A stretch of 43,938 nucleotides of DNA from Stramenopiles sp. TOSAG23-2 (lineage: Eukaryota), in NCBI GenBank assembly GCA_900128395.1, contig LT649295.1:1-43938 (forward strand). Direction: 5' to 3'. Under the pieces are notes generated by a model that saw only the letters and a list, made by a program, of their open reading frames with translations, was not told where the DNA came from and made no database searches. Each line of letters opens with the position of its first letter. The stretch's first letter is position 1. Below, in pieces: positions 1 to 10,124 of the stretch. The translations under genes and the position numbers were made by a program.

Positions 1-2
1 AT

Positions 3-983
3 TTAACACCAATTGGTAAATTAGCATTTAATATATATCCAATGGGTATATTAATATTAATATGCTGGCCAATATGTATTTATATATTTCGTAACAATGA
101 AAAAAGACGTGCAAATTTTGGACCAGCAATAACGACATGTTTATTATCATTATATGCATCAATAACAAAATTTTTAATTCAATTGGTACATTGTCGAAAA
201 GTTGGAAATAAATTAATACTTCATAGTGCTCCTAAAATTATTTGTTTTGAAGATGCAAGTTGGATTTGGCAATTATTTGCAATTATCGGTATTATTGGTA
301 TTGCATTGGTACCGTATTTATTATATCGTTATTCAAAATTAAAGCGCGAGGCAGGTGGTGTAAAGAACAATCGATGGATGCTTGTAGTTACAAAATCGTA
401 TCGTGAAGATTGTTGGTGGTATACTTCAGTGGATATGGGACGTCGATTATTTTTAATTAGTATTGCTGCATTGCCAATAGACCATGAAAATAAATTGGTG
501 ATGCTTCTGTTGGGGTTTTTGTTAGTACGTACTGTGCATTCTAATTTAAAACCATTTCCACACGTATATTTAAATCATGCAGAAGATATTTGTTTGGGTT
601 TACTGGTTTTAATATCCGGAATCGCATCTTCTAGAGCTGCAAGTTTACGTAAAAACGCAGATGGCACGTATGATCATCCGATGGATTTATTTCTTTTAAT
701 TTTAGTGATGTGTCCATTTGTTGGTAGTATATTCTTTTCCGCTTGGTACACGTATATGGAACGAAAGAAAAAAAGTAAAAGTGAAGAAAATACATCAGGA
801 GATAATGTAGTGAATCGTACATGGGCACCAAATCCATTAGAAAATGCAAAGAAGAAGAAGAGTGGAGAAAGCAGAAGAACAAAAACAAACCACGCACGTG
901 ATATAGAATTAGTTGTTGATGGTCTTGGCGAGTTTCATGTTGATGCATTGAAGAAGTATAATGATGGAGAAAGAACAGATTAA
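3..983 (+). CDS. 5'-truncated multi-pass membrane protein (C-terminal ~7-TM region of a larger protist receptor-like protein)
   Basis: The frame is open from base 3 (LTPIGKLAFNIYP-MGIL...), so the gene starts before the window. It has several hydrophobic helices, a C-x(n)-ICF loop, Y-R-x3-WWY-x2-VDMGRR and KPF motifs, and a basic cytoplasmic tail. Confidence 0.75.
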   Translation, partial: LTPIGKLAFNIYPMGILILICWPICIYIFRNNEKRRANFGPAITTCLLSLYASITKFLIQLVHCRKVGNKLILHSAPKIICFEDASWIWQLFAIIGIIGIALVPYLLYRYSKLKREAGGVKNNRWMLVVTKSYREDCWWYTSVDMGRRLFLISIAALPIDHENKLVMLLLGFLLVRTVHSNLKPFPHVYLNHAEDICLGLLVLISGIASSRAASLRKNADGTYDHPMDLFLLILVMCPFVGSIFFSAWYTYMERKKKSKSEENTSGDNVVNRTWAPNPLENAKKKKSGESRRTKTNHARDIELVVDGLGEFHVDALKKYNDGERTD

Positions 984-1113
984 AGTGAGAGAAAGCGTGG
1001 GTTTGTTTTGAATTTTTTTACGAACGTACATTTATTCAGGGGGTATATTTTTTTTATTTTTTATCTTTTTCACACGCCCTCGCACACACACGAAAAGAAC
1101 ACACACCACATTT

Positions 1114-2904
1114 TCACAACTTTGAATTCTTTGCTGTATTATAATCCTCATTTAATTTTTCGATTCCTGCTGCTGCTGACTTTTGTACATCATCATCATT
1201 GTTGTCACGACGATTCACACTCATCTCATCAATACGTTGATTAAATAAATGAATTGGTATACTACGTCCTTTCCCTGGTTTACTCATTACTTTCACATGT
1301 GTACCTTTGGATATAATTGTTTCTGTTCCATCATTTTCAATATTATACATCGTCATACTTAAAAATGCTAACGACCCACCAGCACGATCAACACATGCAC
1401 GAGCATAAACAGTTTTACCAGGTTTTCCACCACTTAAATAATCAATATTCAATGAAACCGTACCACGATCTCTAAATTCAATTGTTTTTGTTTTTTTCCC
1501 ACTGTTGTTTAGATCATCATAAAATTGTTCATGTGCTTGCGCAGCAGATAATATCGTTGTTGTTAATGTATCTACTAATGTAGCTTGTGCACCACCATGC
1601 ATTGCTTTCATGGAATTTTGCAATGTAGGAACAACTTCTAATTTAAAAATACCAACATCTCCACCAATTTTACCTGTACCTATTGTATCTTTCCCACGTG
1701 TTGTACTAACTACTTGTAAATTTGGTGGAATTAATCCTTTATTTGCACGATTCCATTGACTAGATGATGCTCGAGCATGGCAAAAATAAGTTGCAAGTTG
1801 AAGAAAACTATGTTGGGATGTGGAGCTATGATCATTACCATTATTATTGCTAGTAGTACCTGACGACGATGATGATAAAGATAATGAAGCAGATGTGGAA
1901 GAAAAAAAATCATTACACATATTGATAATAAGATCTGGACGTTGTTGTGGAACAAAATGTGTTAATCCATCGATTTCAATATCATTTACCTTGACTATAT
2001 TGTGATTAAAACATTGTATTAATAATGGATCACATGCACTACGTTCTTTTGCACGTATTAAATCAATATTTGGTACTGTAATCTTTGATAACAATGTTCG
2101 TATATTTGCATCAGGTAAACATTCAGTTGCATACCATTCTGATTCAATATTTGGTGGACATATCAATTCATAATGAACATTATTATTAGTATTAGTATTA
2201 TCCGTATTATCATTAACATTTCTTACAACCATCACTTGTTTTAATCCATAATATATATAATCTGCTAATATAGATTTATTCCATACCGCATATGGCATTT
2301 TATTTTCAAAACGTTTATACATTTCATTTTTTTCTAAAAATTGATATTTACGTTTTAATGTACCTTTACTTGGCATGGAAAAAATAGGATCATTTCCATA
2401 TCCATTTTGAAATTTTAAATAATGTTCATTTGTAAATATTACAGGATCTAATAATACAATACGTTTAAATATTATATTTGTAGGATCAAGACCTGCTGCT
2501 GTTGCAAGAGCATGCCCACCAGCTGAATGTCCAATTCCTATTACATTGTTTATTATATTTAATTTATATAATACTGTTAAAATATCTTTACCATTATAAC
2601 CCCATAAATGTTTGTAATTTGGATATTTATTGTGAAATGTAGTTGATAGAAATTGTGATGTAGATTTACCATGTCCACGTAAATCAATTGTAAGAATACG
2701 TATATGTAATGGAATCTGATCAATTAAAAAATCCCATGTCCGGGAATGGGTACCGGTACAATGAATTAATAATAATGTTGTTGTTGTTGTTGTTGTTGTT
2801 GTTACATTGTTGGAATTGTGATAATCATATACAGCTAATTTTATATCTGGTGCAACTTCAATGGAATGTAGTTTATATGGTCTGGTGGGATTGGTTGTTT
2901 TCAT
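1114..2904 (-). CDS. Alpha/beta-hydrolase fused to a C-terminal PaaI/ACOT13-type hotdog thioesterase, with PTS1 (SKL)
   Basis: Hydrolase motifs: IHCTGT, IDLRGHGKS, nucleophile elbow GHSAGG, LLDP and THFVPQ. After a Ser/Asn linker come the hotdog motifs LQNSMKAMHGGAQATLVD and VSLNIDYLS. The protein ends ...NSKL*. The first ATG is at 2904; the track start at 2925 is a GTG. Confidence 0.85.
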   Translation of the reverse strand: MKTTNPTRPYKLHSIEVAPDIKLAVYDYHNSNNVTTTTTTTTTLLLIHCTGTHSRTWDFLIDQIPLHIRILTIDLRGHGKSTSQFLSTTFHNKYPNYKHLWGYNGKDILTVLYKLNIINNVIGIGHSAGGHALATAAGLDPTNIIFKRIVLLDPVIFTNEHYLKFQNGYGNDPIFSMPSKGTLKRKYQFLEKNEMYKRFENKMPYAVWNKSILADYIYYGLKQVMVVRNVNDNTDNTNTNNNVHYELICPPNIESEWYATECLPDANIRTLLSKITVPNIDLIRAKERSACDPLLIQCFNHNIVKVNDIEIDGLTHFVPQQRPDLIINMCNDFFSSTSASLSLSSSSSGTTSNNNGNDHSSTSQHSFLQLATYFCHARASSSQWNRANKGLIPPNLQVVSTTRGKDTIGTGKIGGDVGIFKLEVVPTLQNSMKAMHGGAQATLVDTLTTTILSAAQAHEQFYDDLNNSGKKTKTIEFRDRGTVSLNIDYLSGGKPGKTVYARACVDRAGGSLAFLSMTMYNIENDGTETIISKGTHVKVMSKPGKGRSIPIHLFNQRIDEMSVNRRDNNDDDVQKSAAAGIEKLNEDYNTAKNSKL

Positions 2905-3171
2905 TGTATAAATATGATAATACACAATGAACTTTTAAAAACTCTATTGTTATCTTTTAAATTATTATCTTCAAAAAAATTCATGACTCAAATTATACAA
3001 ATATCTATATCTATATATACCATTCCCTCTCCATAAATCCTTTTCCATTTATATACCGTCTTCCAGTCTTACCAGCTACCACAGCTTACCCAATAATTAT
3101 TTTGATGATAGGTGCATAGTAATAGTGCTGGAGTGCATAGAAGAATTTTTCAGCAGAGTATAGTTCGTCGA

Positions 3172-3180
3172 CGATCGATC
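3172..3180. promoter_or_regulatory. Candidate palindromic upstream motif CGATCG(A), also at 4211, 13831 and 16816
   Basis: A CpG-containing palindrome recurring roughly 90-270 bp upstream of four start codons in AT-rich intergenic DNA. Function is inferred only. Confidence 0.3.
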
Positions 3181-3192
3181 AAAAATCACTCA

Positions 3193-3466
3193 GTGCAAAT
3201 CAATAAAATGTGTAAAATTGATACTCTAATTTTCCATTCAAGTACAAATTATTCCAATTATTGGTCATTTGATAGGTGAAATGGTGAAAATGTGAAAATC
3301 AATAAAATGTGTAAAATTGATACTCTAATTTTCCATTCAAGTACAAATTATTCCAATTATTTGGTCATTTGATAGGTGAAATGGTGAAAATGTGCAAATC
3401 AATAAAATATGTAAAATCAATATTCTAATTTCCTCTTCAAGTACAAATAATGTGTCATTTGATAGG
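3193..3466. repeat. Intergenic tandem repeat, ~99-100 bp unit x ~2.8
   Basis: Units start at 3193, 3292 and 3392 (GTGCAAATCAATAAAATGTGTAAAATTGATACTCTAATTTTCCATTCAAGTACAAA...). The first two are nearly identical; the third is diverged and shorter. Confidence 0.9.
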
Positions 3467-4333
3467 ACAGAATCTAACCCTAATCCTAAGCATCCCTCAA
3501 ACCACCCAAGAAAGCACCCAACCCAATCGGAGGAAATTGTATTTCCATAAACAATTAAGTACAATATTCCGTATTGTCCATGATATTGGATCTTTGTGTA
3601 TCATCAGCACCACTAATTATTAATTTTAAATAAGACACATCAAATATGTTAATTTTAACATTACTATGGAAATAGTATTATAATCAACCTTCCCCACAGT
3701 TACTCACCTACCTCCTTTCAACTTATTATACCATTATATCATTTTTAATTAGAAATATCCGCAATTATATCGGGACACGCGGAGCTTTTATGAGCTATTA
3801 CAATTACATAGCATCGGAATACCATATTTTGATGACCGAAATTACATAACTAATTGATTTTTATATAAATATCCGGTAGTATAAAGCTTTCCACTTTCCA
3901 AATAGCATATGCTCAGGTCGGAACACACGACTATCACAGCACAATTTTCGTTCCGCTTTAACCCTACTCTACAACTCTAGTCTAATGTTATTCGTATCCT
4001 ATTTTCGCATAATCTACCTAAGGCATGGATTTTGTTTTTCCCACGGACGGATTTCCATCTCCCAGATCTCTAGTTCGAAGTAGGCCTTAGTATGGTAATG
4101 ATAATAATTTCATGTATAAAAATCCATGATATTTCAATATAAAACCACCTTCATCTAGATATGCATCAAATCTATTTTTTATAGTAAAAATGCATTGTTA
4201 ATTGAATGAACGATCGACACCGACAGATGTAGAGAGAGAGAGAGAGATCAAGAACACGCACACATTTTCAATATAGTAATATAATAATAACAATTCAAAG
4301 AGACCCATATATATATTGTATAATATAATAATC

Positions 4334-5947
4334 ATGTTTAATCAAGTTGTGAAACGAACGGCGACCAGTGTCGGTGCAAGAACATTTGTAACAAAATCCA
4401 TGCCAGCACTTAATATCTCCGCTGGGGAATTAAGTTCTATTTTGGAATCCAGAATCAGTAACTATGGCAAAGAAGCATCTGCAGCTGTTGATGAGATCGG
4501 TAAAGTTTTCTCCGTTGGTGACGGTATTGCACGTGTATACGGTTTGGACAAAGTACAAGCAGGGGAGATGGTTGAATTCAGTTGCGGTATCAAAGGTATG
4601 GCACTTAACTTGGAAAACGATAACGTAGGTATCGTTATCTTCGGTGATGACCGAGAAATTTTGGAAGGTGACGTTGTGAAACGTACCAAAGCTATTGTGG
4701 ATGTACCAGTAGGCATGGGATTATTAGGCCGTGTGGTAGATGGTTTAGGGGAGCCAATTGATGGCGCTGGACCAATCGATGCAGCAAGCCGCCAACGTGT
4801 AGAAATCAAAGCACCAGGTATCTTGGCACGTAAATCCGTACATGAGCCGGTACAAACTGGTTTAAAAGCTGTTGATTCTTTAATCCCTATTGGACGTGGA
4901 CAACGTGAATTGATCATTGGTGACCGTCAAACTGGTAAAACTGCTGTTGCCGTAGACTGCATGATCAACCAACGTGCATTGCACGACGCTGGCGATGAGA
5001 GCAAATCGTTGTATTGCTTATACGTTGCTGTTGGACAAAAAAGATCCACCGTTGCACAAATCCAAGCCACTTTGGAAGAAAAAAATGCTTTTGGTTATTG
5101 TGTTATTATTGCAGCAACTGCATCTGATAGTGCACCATTGCAATTTTTAGCACCATACACTGGATGTACCATGGGTGAATATTTCCGTGACAATGCAAAA
5201 CATGCAGTTATTTTCTACGATGATTTAAGTAAACAAGCTGTTGCATACAGACAAATGAGTTTATTATTGCGTCGTCCACCAGGCCGTGAGGCATACCCAG
5301 GGGATGTTTTCTACTTGCATAGTCGTTTATTGGAACGTGCATCTAAAATGTCCGATGAACTTGGTGCTGGTTCCTTGACCTCCTTGCCAGTTATTGAAAC
5401 ACAAGCTGGTGATGTATCGGCATACATTCCAACCAATGTTATTTCCATTACCGATGGACAAATTTTCCTTGAACAAGAATTATTCAATCAAGGTGTACGC
5501 CCAGCTGTAAATGTTGGTTTATCAGTTAGTCGTGTTGGTTCCGCTGCACAAATGAAAGCTATGAAACAAGTATCGGGTACTTTGAAGCTTGACTTGGCAC
5601 AGTACCGTGAAGTTGCTGCATTCGCACAGTTCGGTTCTGATTTGGACGCTGCTACACAACAACAGTTAAATCGTGGTGCACGTCTTGTTGAAATGTTAAA
5701 ACAAGACCAATATGTTCCTATGGACATTGCAGAACAAGTTGTACTTTTATTCGCTGGCGTTCGTGGTTACCTAGATACCGTTGCTGTTGAAGACATTTTA
5801 ACTTTTGAAACATCATGGATTAAATTCGTCAACTCCAACCATTCAGATATCTTAGATACAATCAGAAAAGAAGGAGAAATCTCATCAGCATTGGAAGAAA
5901 AATTAGGTGGTATCTGCCAAAGTTACGTTGATAGTTTCACTGCATAA
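4334..5947 (+). CDS. ATP1: Mitochondrial F1 ATP synthase subunit alpha, nucleus-encoded with an N-terminal presequence
   Basis: Walker A GDRQTGKT, plus [34 protein letters not shown] and GLSVSRVG. The N-terminal extension [18 protein letters not shown] is rich in Arg/Ser/Thr and has no acidic residues. ATG at 4334; the track start at 4316 is a TTG. Confidence 0.97.
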   Translation: MFNQVVKRTATSVGARTFVTKSMPALNISAGELSSILESRISNYGKEASAAVDEIGKVFSVGDGIARVYGLDKVQAGEMVEFSCGIKGMALNLENDNVGIVIFGDDREILEGDVVKRTKAIVDVPVGMGLLGRVVDGLGEPIDGAGPIDAASRQRVEIKAPGILARKSVHEPVQTGLKAVDSLIPIGRGQRELIIGDRQTGKTAVAVDCMINQRALHDAGDESKSLYCLYVAVGQKRSTVAQIQATLEEKNAFGYCVIIAATASDSAPLQFLAPYTGCTMGEYFRDNAKHAVIFYDDLSKQAVAYRQMSLLLRRPPGREAYPGDVFYLHSRLLERASKMSDELGAGSLTSLPVIETQAGDVSAYIPTNVISITDGQIFLEQELFNQGVRPAVNVGLSVSRVGSAAQMKAMKQVSGTLKLDLAQYREVAAFAQFGSDLDAATQQQLNRGARLVEMLKQDQYVPMDIAEQVVLLFAGVRGYLDTVAVEDILTFETSWIKFVNSNHSDILDTIRKEGEISSALEEKLGGICQSYVDSFTA

Positions 5948-6445
5948 GTAGTTTTTTTTTTCATATATATATATATATATATGTAAAATGTTATTTCTTT
6001 TGTATGTGTGTCGTTTTCATCACACGGATATTTTTTAAAGAATACCACATCTATATATATATACATGATAATATGAAAAAAGTACAAAAAGTAGTGTTTG
6101 GTAAACGTTTTAAAATATATGTTTACAAAAATATGGATAGTATTAAAAAGGAAAAAAACAAAAATAAAACAATTAAAACAACACACCAAAAAGAAAAAAA
6201 TTTAAAAAATAATAATATAAATTAAATTAAAAGTGTTGTATTATTGATAATAAAAAAGTTTTCCGTACGTTTTATTTATATTTTATATTCTACTTGTGTA
6301 CATACACTCACCCAACAGAGTAATATCCCCAGTATTTTTATATAAAATTTCTCCTCTCGTTCACCACCGTGCACTTTTATCCCTATCTTTTCATTAATAC
6401 ACACTAAACAACCTCTGCCCTCTAAACGCACATCATCACCAACAC

Positions 6446-8377
6446 TCATTGGTTTAATAAATTCTTTACATGCCTTAACACTTTTGATAATTTATATCGT
6501 TTACTAGGATTAGGTCGTAACATGCATGTAATTAAATCACAAAATTCAATGGAATATTCATTACCATATGGGGAACATCGATCCTCTGGAAATGGTGCAT
6601 TCCCATTTAATAAAGCTAATTTCATAAAACCTTGTGTTCGATGTTCAAATGGCGAATGACCAAATGCCATGGCAAATAATGTTCCACCTAAACTAAATAC
6701 ATCACTACGTCCATCAACATCTACATCTAATTGAACTTCAGTTAATTCTGGTGCACGATAAGGTGGACTGCATTTCGATGCAGCTAAATCTTGTAAATTT
6801 AAAACATCTTTTCTGGTCCTAACTTGTACTTTTAATTGTGCCGTACTGCCTAAGTCCATTAAAATTGGTATCATCCTTTCCGATGGCTGACCAGTCTCTT
6901 GATCATAATCAAATAATAATACATTATGTGGTTTAATATCACGATGTGCATATCCTTTTTTATGCATGAATTTCACAGCTTCGCAAATTTTTTCAAACAA
7001 ACGCAATGCTTCCATTTCTGGAAATGGCCATCCTTTCCCATTATTATTACTTCTTTGATTTTCCAATGCATCTTCAATTAAATCAAACAAGGAACCATGT
7101 TTTGCTAATGGCAATAAAATATTAATTTCTTGCATATTTTTACTACGTGGAGATGGTAAAATAGATGCATCAACGATTTTCATGATATTTGGATGATCTA
7201 ATTCACGATGTACTTTCATTTCCCATTTTGCTTCATCCAATTGTTCCCTTGTTTGTGCAACCATTTTTTTCAATGCATATTTACGTCCATTCCCAGTTTC
7301 ATCATCTCGTACTAAATATACTTTTGAAAAACCACCTTCCGCTAATTCTTTTTCTACAATCACTTTATATCTACCAACTTGTACAGATTCATCTTGTGAG
7401 ACGACGGATAATACAGAACCAGCAATTGCTTTTGTTGCACTAAATACATTCCAAAATCCTTTTTTCACTGTTTCAACTGTTGATGAACCATCGTTATTCT
7501 GATTATTGTTGCTGTTATCACTATTATCATTCGTCGTCGTCGTCGTCGTCGTGGCAGTAGTATTATATTTACGTTGTAATGTTGCAAAAAGTTCATCTTC
7601 CCTACCAGCAAATCGTTCTAAAATTTCATCAATTGAATTTATTTTTTCTGGATTATGAACCGAATAAAATTGATATAATTGACGATAATACCTATCTCGA
7701 TCTTCCGCGGTTGTTTCTTGTCGTTGTCTACTACCATTATTTTTATTATTATTTTTATCAGATTGTTTCTTTTTTTTTTTATTACTTTTTTTACTACTAC
7801 TTTTAAATTGACTACTAATTTTACCACTTATAGAAGAGGCAACATTTTTAATACCAGTCTTTAATTTATTTGCATTTGCAGCAACATTTGTTGCTGCATT
7901 GCTTGAAAAATTAGCCCATCCACTATCATTACCAATTGCATCTTGTACAATACTATTGGTATCGACAAAATTATTAGTGCCAGATAGACGACGTGGGATG
8001 TTATTTCGTTGTCCTTCTTGATTATCATTATTTTGTACAAAACCTTCATTATCAGGCATTTTAACTTGTGCAGCAATTGTACCATTTTTTTGAATAGGTA
8101 ATGGTGTAGTTGGATCAGTTATTTGTACCCATATACTTTTTGATTCTTTTGTATTATCTGGTGGTGCTTTAAATGTAAAAATTAACTTTTCCCCATACCC
8201 ATGCAATGGAAAACAACGTAAAAAATCACGATACAACACTACGGAATTTCTATCACTTTTTATTTTAAAAGCATTGTAACCATTTTTTTTTACATCTTCA
8301 TCATCTACATTTATAATTGTATATAATACACATGTTGTTTTAAAACCTTCACCACCAGATGCTGATAAAGATGCCAT
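6446..8377 (-). CDS. NAK-family (STK16/Env7-like) Ser/Thr kinase with an N-terminal DIX-like domain and an FY-x2-HNPEK helical module
   Basis: Kinase motifs LAEGGFSKVYLV, YALKK, HRDIKPHNVLL, MDLGS and AASKCSPPYRAPEL match STK16-type kinases. The N-terminal ~100 aa follow a DIX/ubiquitin-like pattern. The central motif is YYRQLYQFYSVHNPEKINSIDEILERFAGREDELFATLQRKY. Confidence 0.88.
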   Translation of the reverse strand: MASLSASGGEGFKTTCVLYTIINVDDEDVKKNGYNAFKIKSDRNSVVLYRDFLRCFPLHGYGEKLIFTFKAPPDNTKESKSIWVQITDPTTPLPIQKNGTIAAQVKMPDNEGFVQNNDNQEGQRNNIPRRLSGTNNFVDTNSIVQDAIGNDSGWANFSSNAATNVAANANKLKTGIKNVASSISGKISSQFKSSSKKSNKKKKKQSDKNNNKNNGSRQRQETTAEDRDRYYRQLYQFYSVHNPEKINSIDEILERFAGREDELFATLQRKYNTTATTTTTTTNDNSDNSNNNQNNDGSSTVETVKKGFWNVFSATKAIAGSVLSVVSQDESVQVGRYKVIVEKELAEGGFSKVYLVRDDETGNGRKYALKKMVAQTREQLDEAKWEMKVHRELDHPNIMKIVDASILPSPRSKNMQEINILLPLAKHGSLFDLIEDALENQRSNNNGKGWPFPEMEALRLFEKICEAVKFMHKKGYAHRDIKPHNVLLFDYDQETGQPSERMIPILMDLGSTAQLKVQVRTRKDVLNLQDLAASKCSPPYRAPELTEVQLDVDVDGRSDVFSLGGTLFAMAFGHSPFEHRTQGFMKLALLNGNAPFPEDRCSPYGNEYSIEFCDLITCMLRPNPSKRYKLSKVLRHVKNLLNQ

Positions 8378-8759
8378 TGTCTATATATGTATATATGTAT
8401 GTATGTATATTGTTATTCAAAACTTAATTATCTTGTTTTGTTAATATGATGATATAATGATTATTATTGCAATATATTATTGATTTATCCTGTTTTTGTT
8501 TCTGTTTTCTCCTCATATATCTATATTTTCCTATACCACTTCTTCTTCTTCAATTTTTTACATAAAAAATGGTTCTTTTCCGTGTGCATGCATAGAAGAA
8601 ATAGATCTCACAAGAGATACAATCATCGGATACACCACTAGGGAACACATCAACTATACATATATATTATCATTGGAACTATTTTATGTTGAATATACAA
8701 CCGACGTTAAAATAAAAACCAAGATAGATATATTTTGGTTTCAACGAAAGAAGAAAAAA

Positions 8760-8798
<39 letters not shown>

Positions 8799-8806
8799 TA
8801 ATAAAG

Positions 8807-8899
<93 letters not shown>
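8760..8899. repeat. Compound (TA)n microsatellite with a duplicated CAATTAATAAAGATT spacer
   Basis: About 140 bp of TA dinucleotide. The 15-mer occurs at 8795 and again at 8900. Confidence 0.9.
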
Positions 8900-8903
<4 letters not shown>

Positions 8904-8959
8904 TAATAAAGATTCATTCTTCAATTCGACAATTTGTTTTAAAAATAATATATAATAAC

Positions 8960-9895
8960 ATGTTTCAAAGGAGGACGATAATGATGATGATGAAAAAGAA
9001 ATCGAAAACAAATAATATTCATAATCATATTATAAATAATAATGTTGAAAAACGAAGAATGTTTAGTTTAAATAGTAATAATGAATATATTGTATCTGAG
9101 GAACAAAAACAAGCATTTCATGAAAATGGTTATATAACATTAACAAATGTATTAACTGAAGAGGAAATGATAGAACTTGAACAAGTCTATGATGAATTTA
9201 ATAAAGGGGAAAGAAATTCCAATATTGATTTTGGAAAGGATATCGGGGACATGTCACAAGGTCAAGACACTGCAAGGGAAGATTTTAATATGATTAATAT
9301 TAACATACCATGTACACATGATCCATCATGGGCGAACAATATCTTTGAACAAAAAGCAAGAATAATATCAAAACAACTTCATGGTTCCAATATGGAAAAA
9401 GATTATGAACAATTATTAACTAAATTACCTAACCGTCCAAATGCAATCTTTCCAATGCATCAAGATATGGCATATTGGCCGAAGCAATCAAATATACGAA
9501 CCGATACATGTACAGTTAGTTTAGCATTAAATGATGCAGGAATTGAAAATGGTTGTTTAGTTGTATTGCCATCGTCGCATTTAAATAAACAATTATATGG
9601 TGATCATTTTGCAATAGTAGAAGAAGGTGAAGGGGAACGTGCGATTGAATTGAAATTAAAAGATGGTGATGAAGATCGTTTAATTCCATGCCCAGTCAAA
9701 CGTGGGGATGTTACCGTACATGATGAATGGATTGTACATGGAAGTAGTGGAAATTCAAGTAATGTACCACGAAAAACATATGTAGTTGCATTTCGAGATA
9801 ATGAAATGATTGAATATGAACGTAAACATGGATTTCATCATTCGTATAACGATGAACCAGATGTATTGCAAAATATACGAAAAGGTGTTATATAA
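8960..9895 (+). CDS. Phytanoyl-CoA dioxygenase (PhyH) family Fe(II)/2-oxoglutarate dioxygenase
   Basis: Motifs F-x-ENGY, HQD iron ligands, VSLALND, ENGCL, GDV-x-VH-x4-HGS-x2-N-x5-R. The first ATG is at 8960; upstream in-frame sequence is microsatellite. The basic N-terminus (…KRRMFS) may be a mitochondrial presequence. Confidence 0.9.
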   Translation: MFQRRTIMMMMKKKSKTNNIHNHIINNNVEKRRMFSLNSNNEYIVSEEQKQAFHENGYITLTNVLTEEEMIELEQVYDEFNKGERNSNIDFGKDIGDMSQGQDTAREDFNMININIPCTHDPSWANNIFEQKARIISKQLHGSNMEKDYEQLLTKLPNRPNAIFPMHQDMAYWPKQSNIRTDTCTVSLALNDAGIENGCLVVLPSSHLNKQLYGDHFAIVEEGEGERAIELKLKDGDEDRLIPCPVKRGDVTVHDEWIVHGSSGNSSNVPRKTYVVAFRDNEMIEYERKHGFHHSYNDEPDVLQNIRKGVI

Positions 9896-10124
9896 AAAAT
9901 GAATTTTTTATGCGCATATCATACGAAGTAGATTTTAACTTTTTTAACACATGCACATTATTTTAGAGTTTTAAAAGTTTTTAGGTTTACCCCTTTTTCA
10001 CACAATCCCTCAAATCATTATCATCGTTTTCTACTCCTCTCCCTTTTGGTCGTTCGCTCTGCATCTCATCAGTCTTTTTCAATTTACTGTGTGTGTGTGT
10101 CATTAAATAGTGTTGTCTCTAAGA

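Noticed and set aside
3193..3466. Possible CRISPR-like array (also 13539-13685 and 17145-17224)
   Set aside because: The units are whole tandem duplications or a single repeat pair without a series of unique spacers. The context is eukaryotic and there are no cas genes.
3473..3489. Telomere-like TCTAACCCTAATCCTAA
   Set aside because: Only about 2.5 imperfect units in an internal position, too short to call telomeric.
4334..5947. atp1 as a NUMT or bacterial contaminant
   Set aside because: The ORF is intact with a presequence, no other mitochondrial or atp-operon genes flank it, and the flanks are nuclear-type microsatellite DNA.
8735..8959. 75-aa IYIYIY N-terminal extension of the PhyH ORF
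   Set aside because: It is a translation of the (TA)n microsatellite from a TTG. The first ATG is at 8960.
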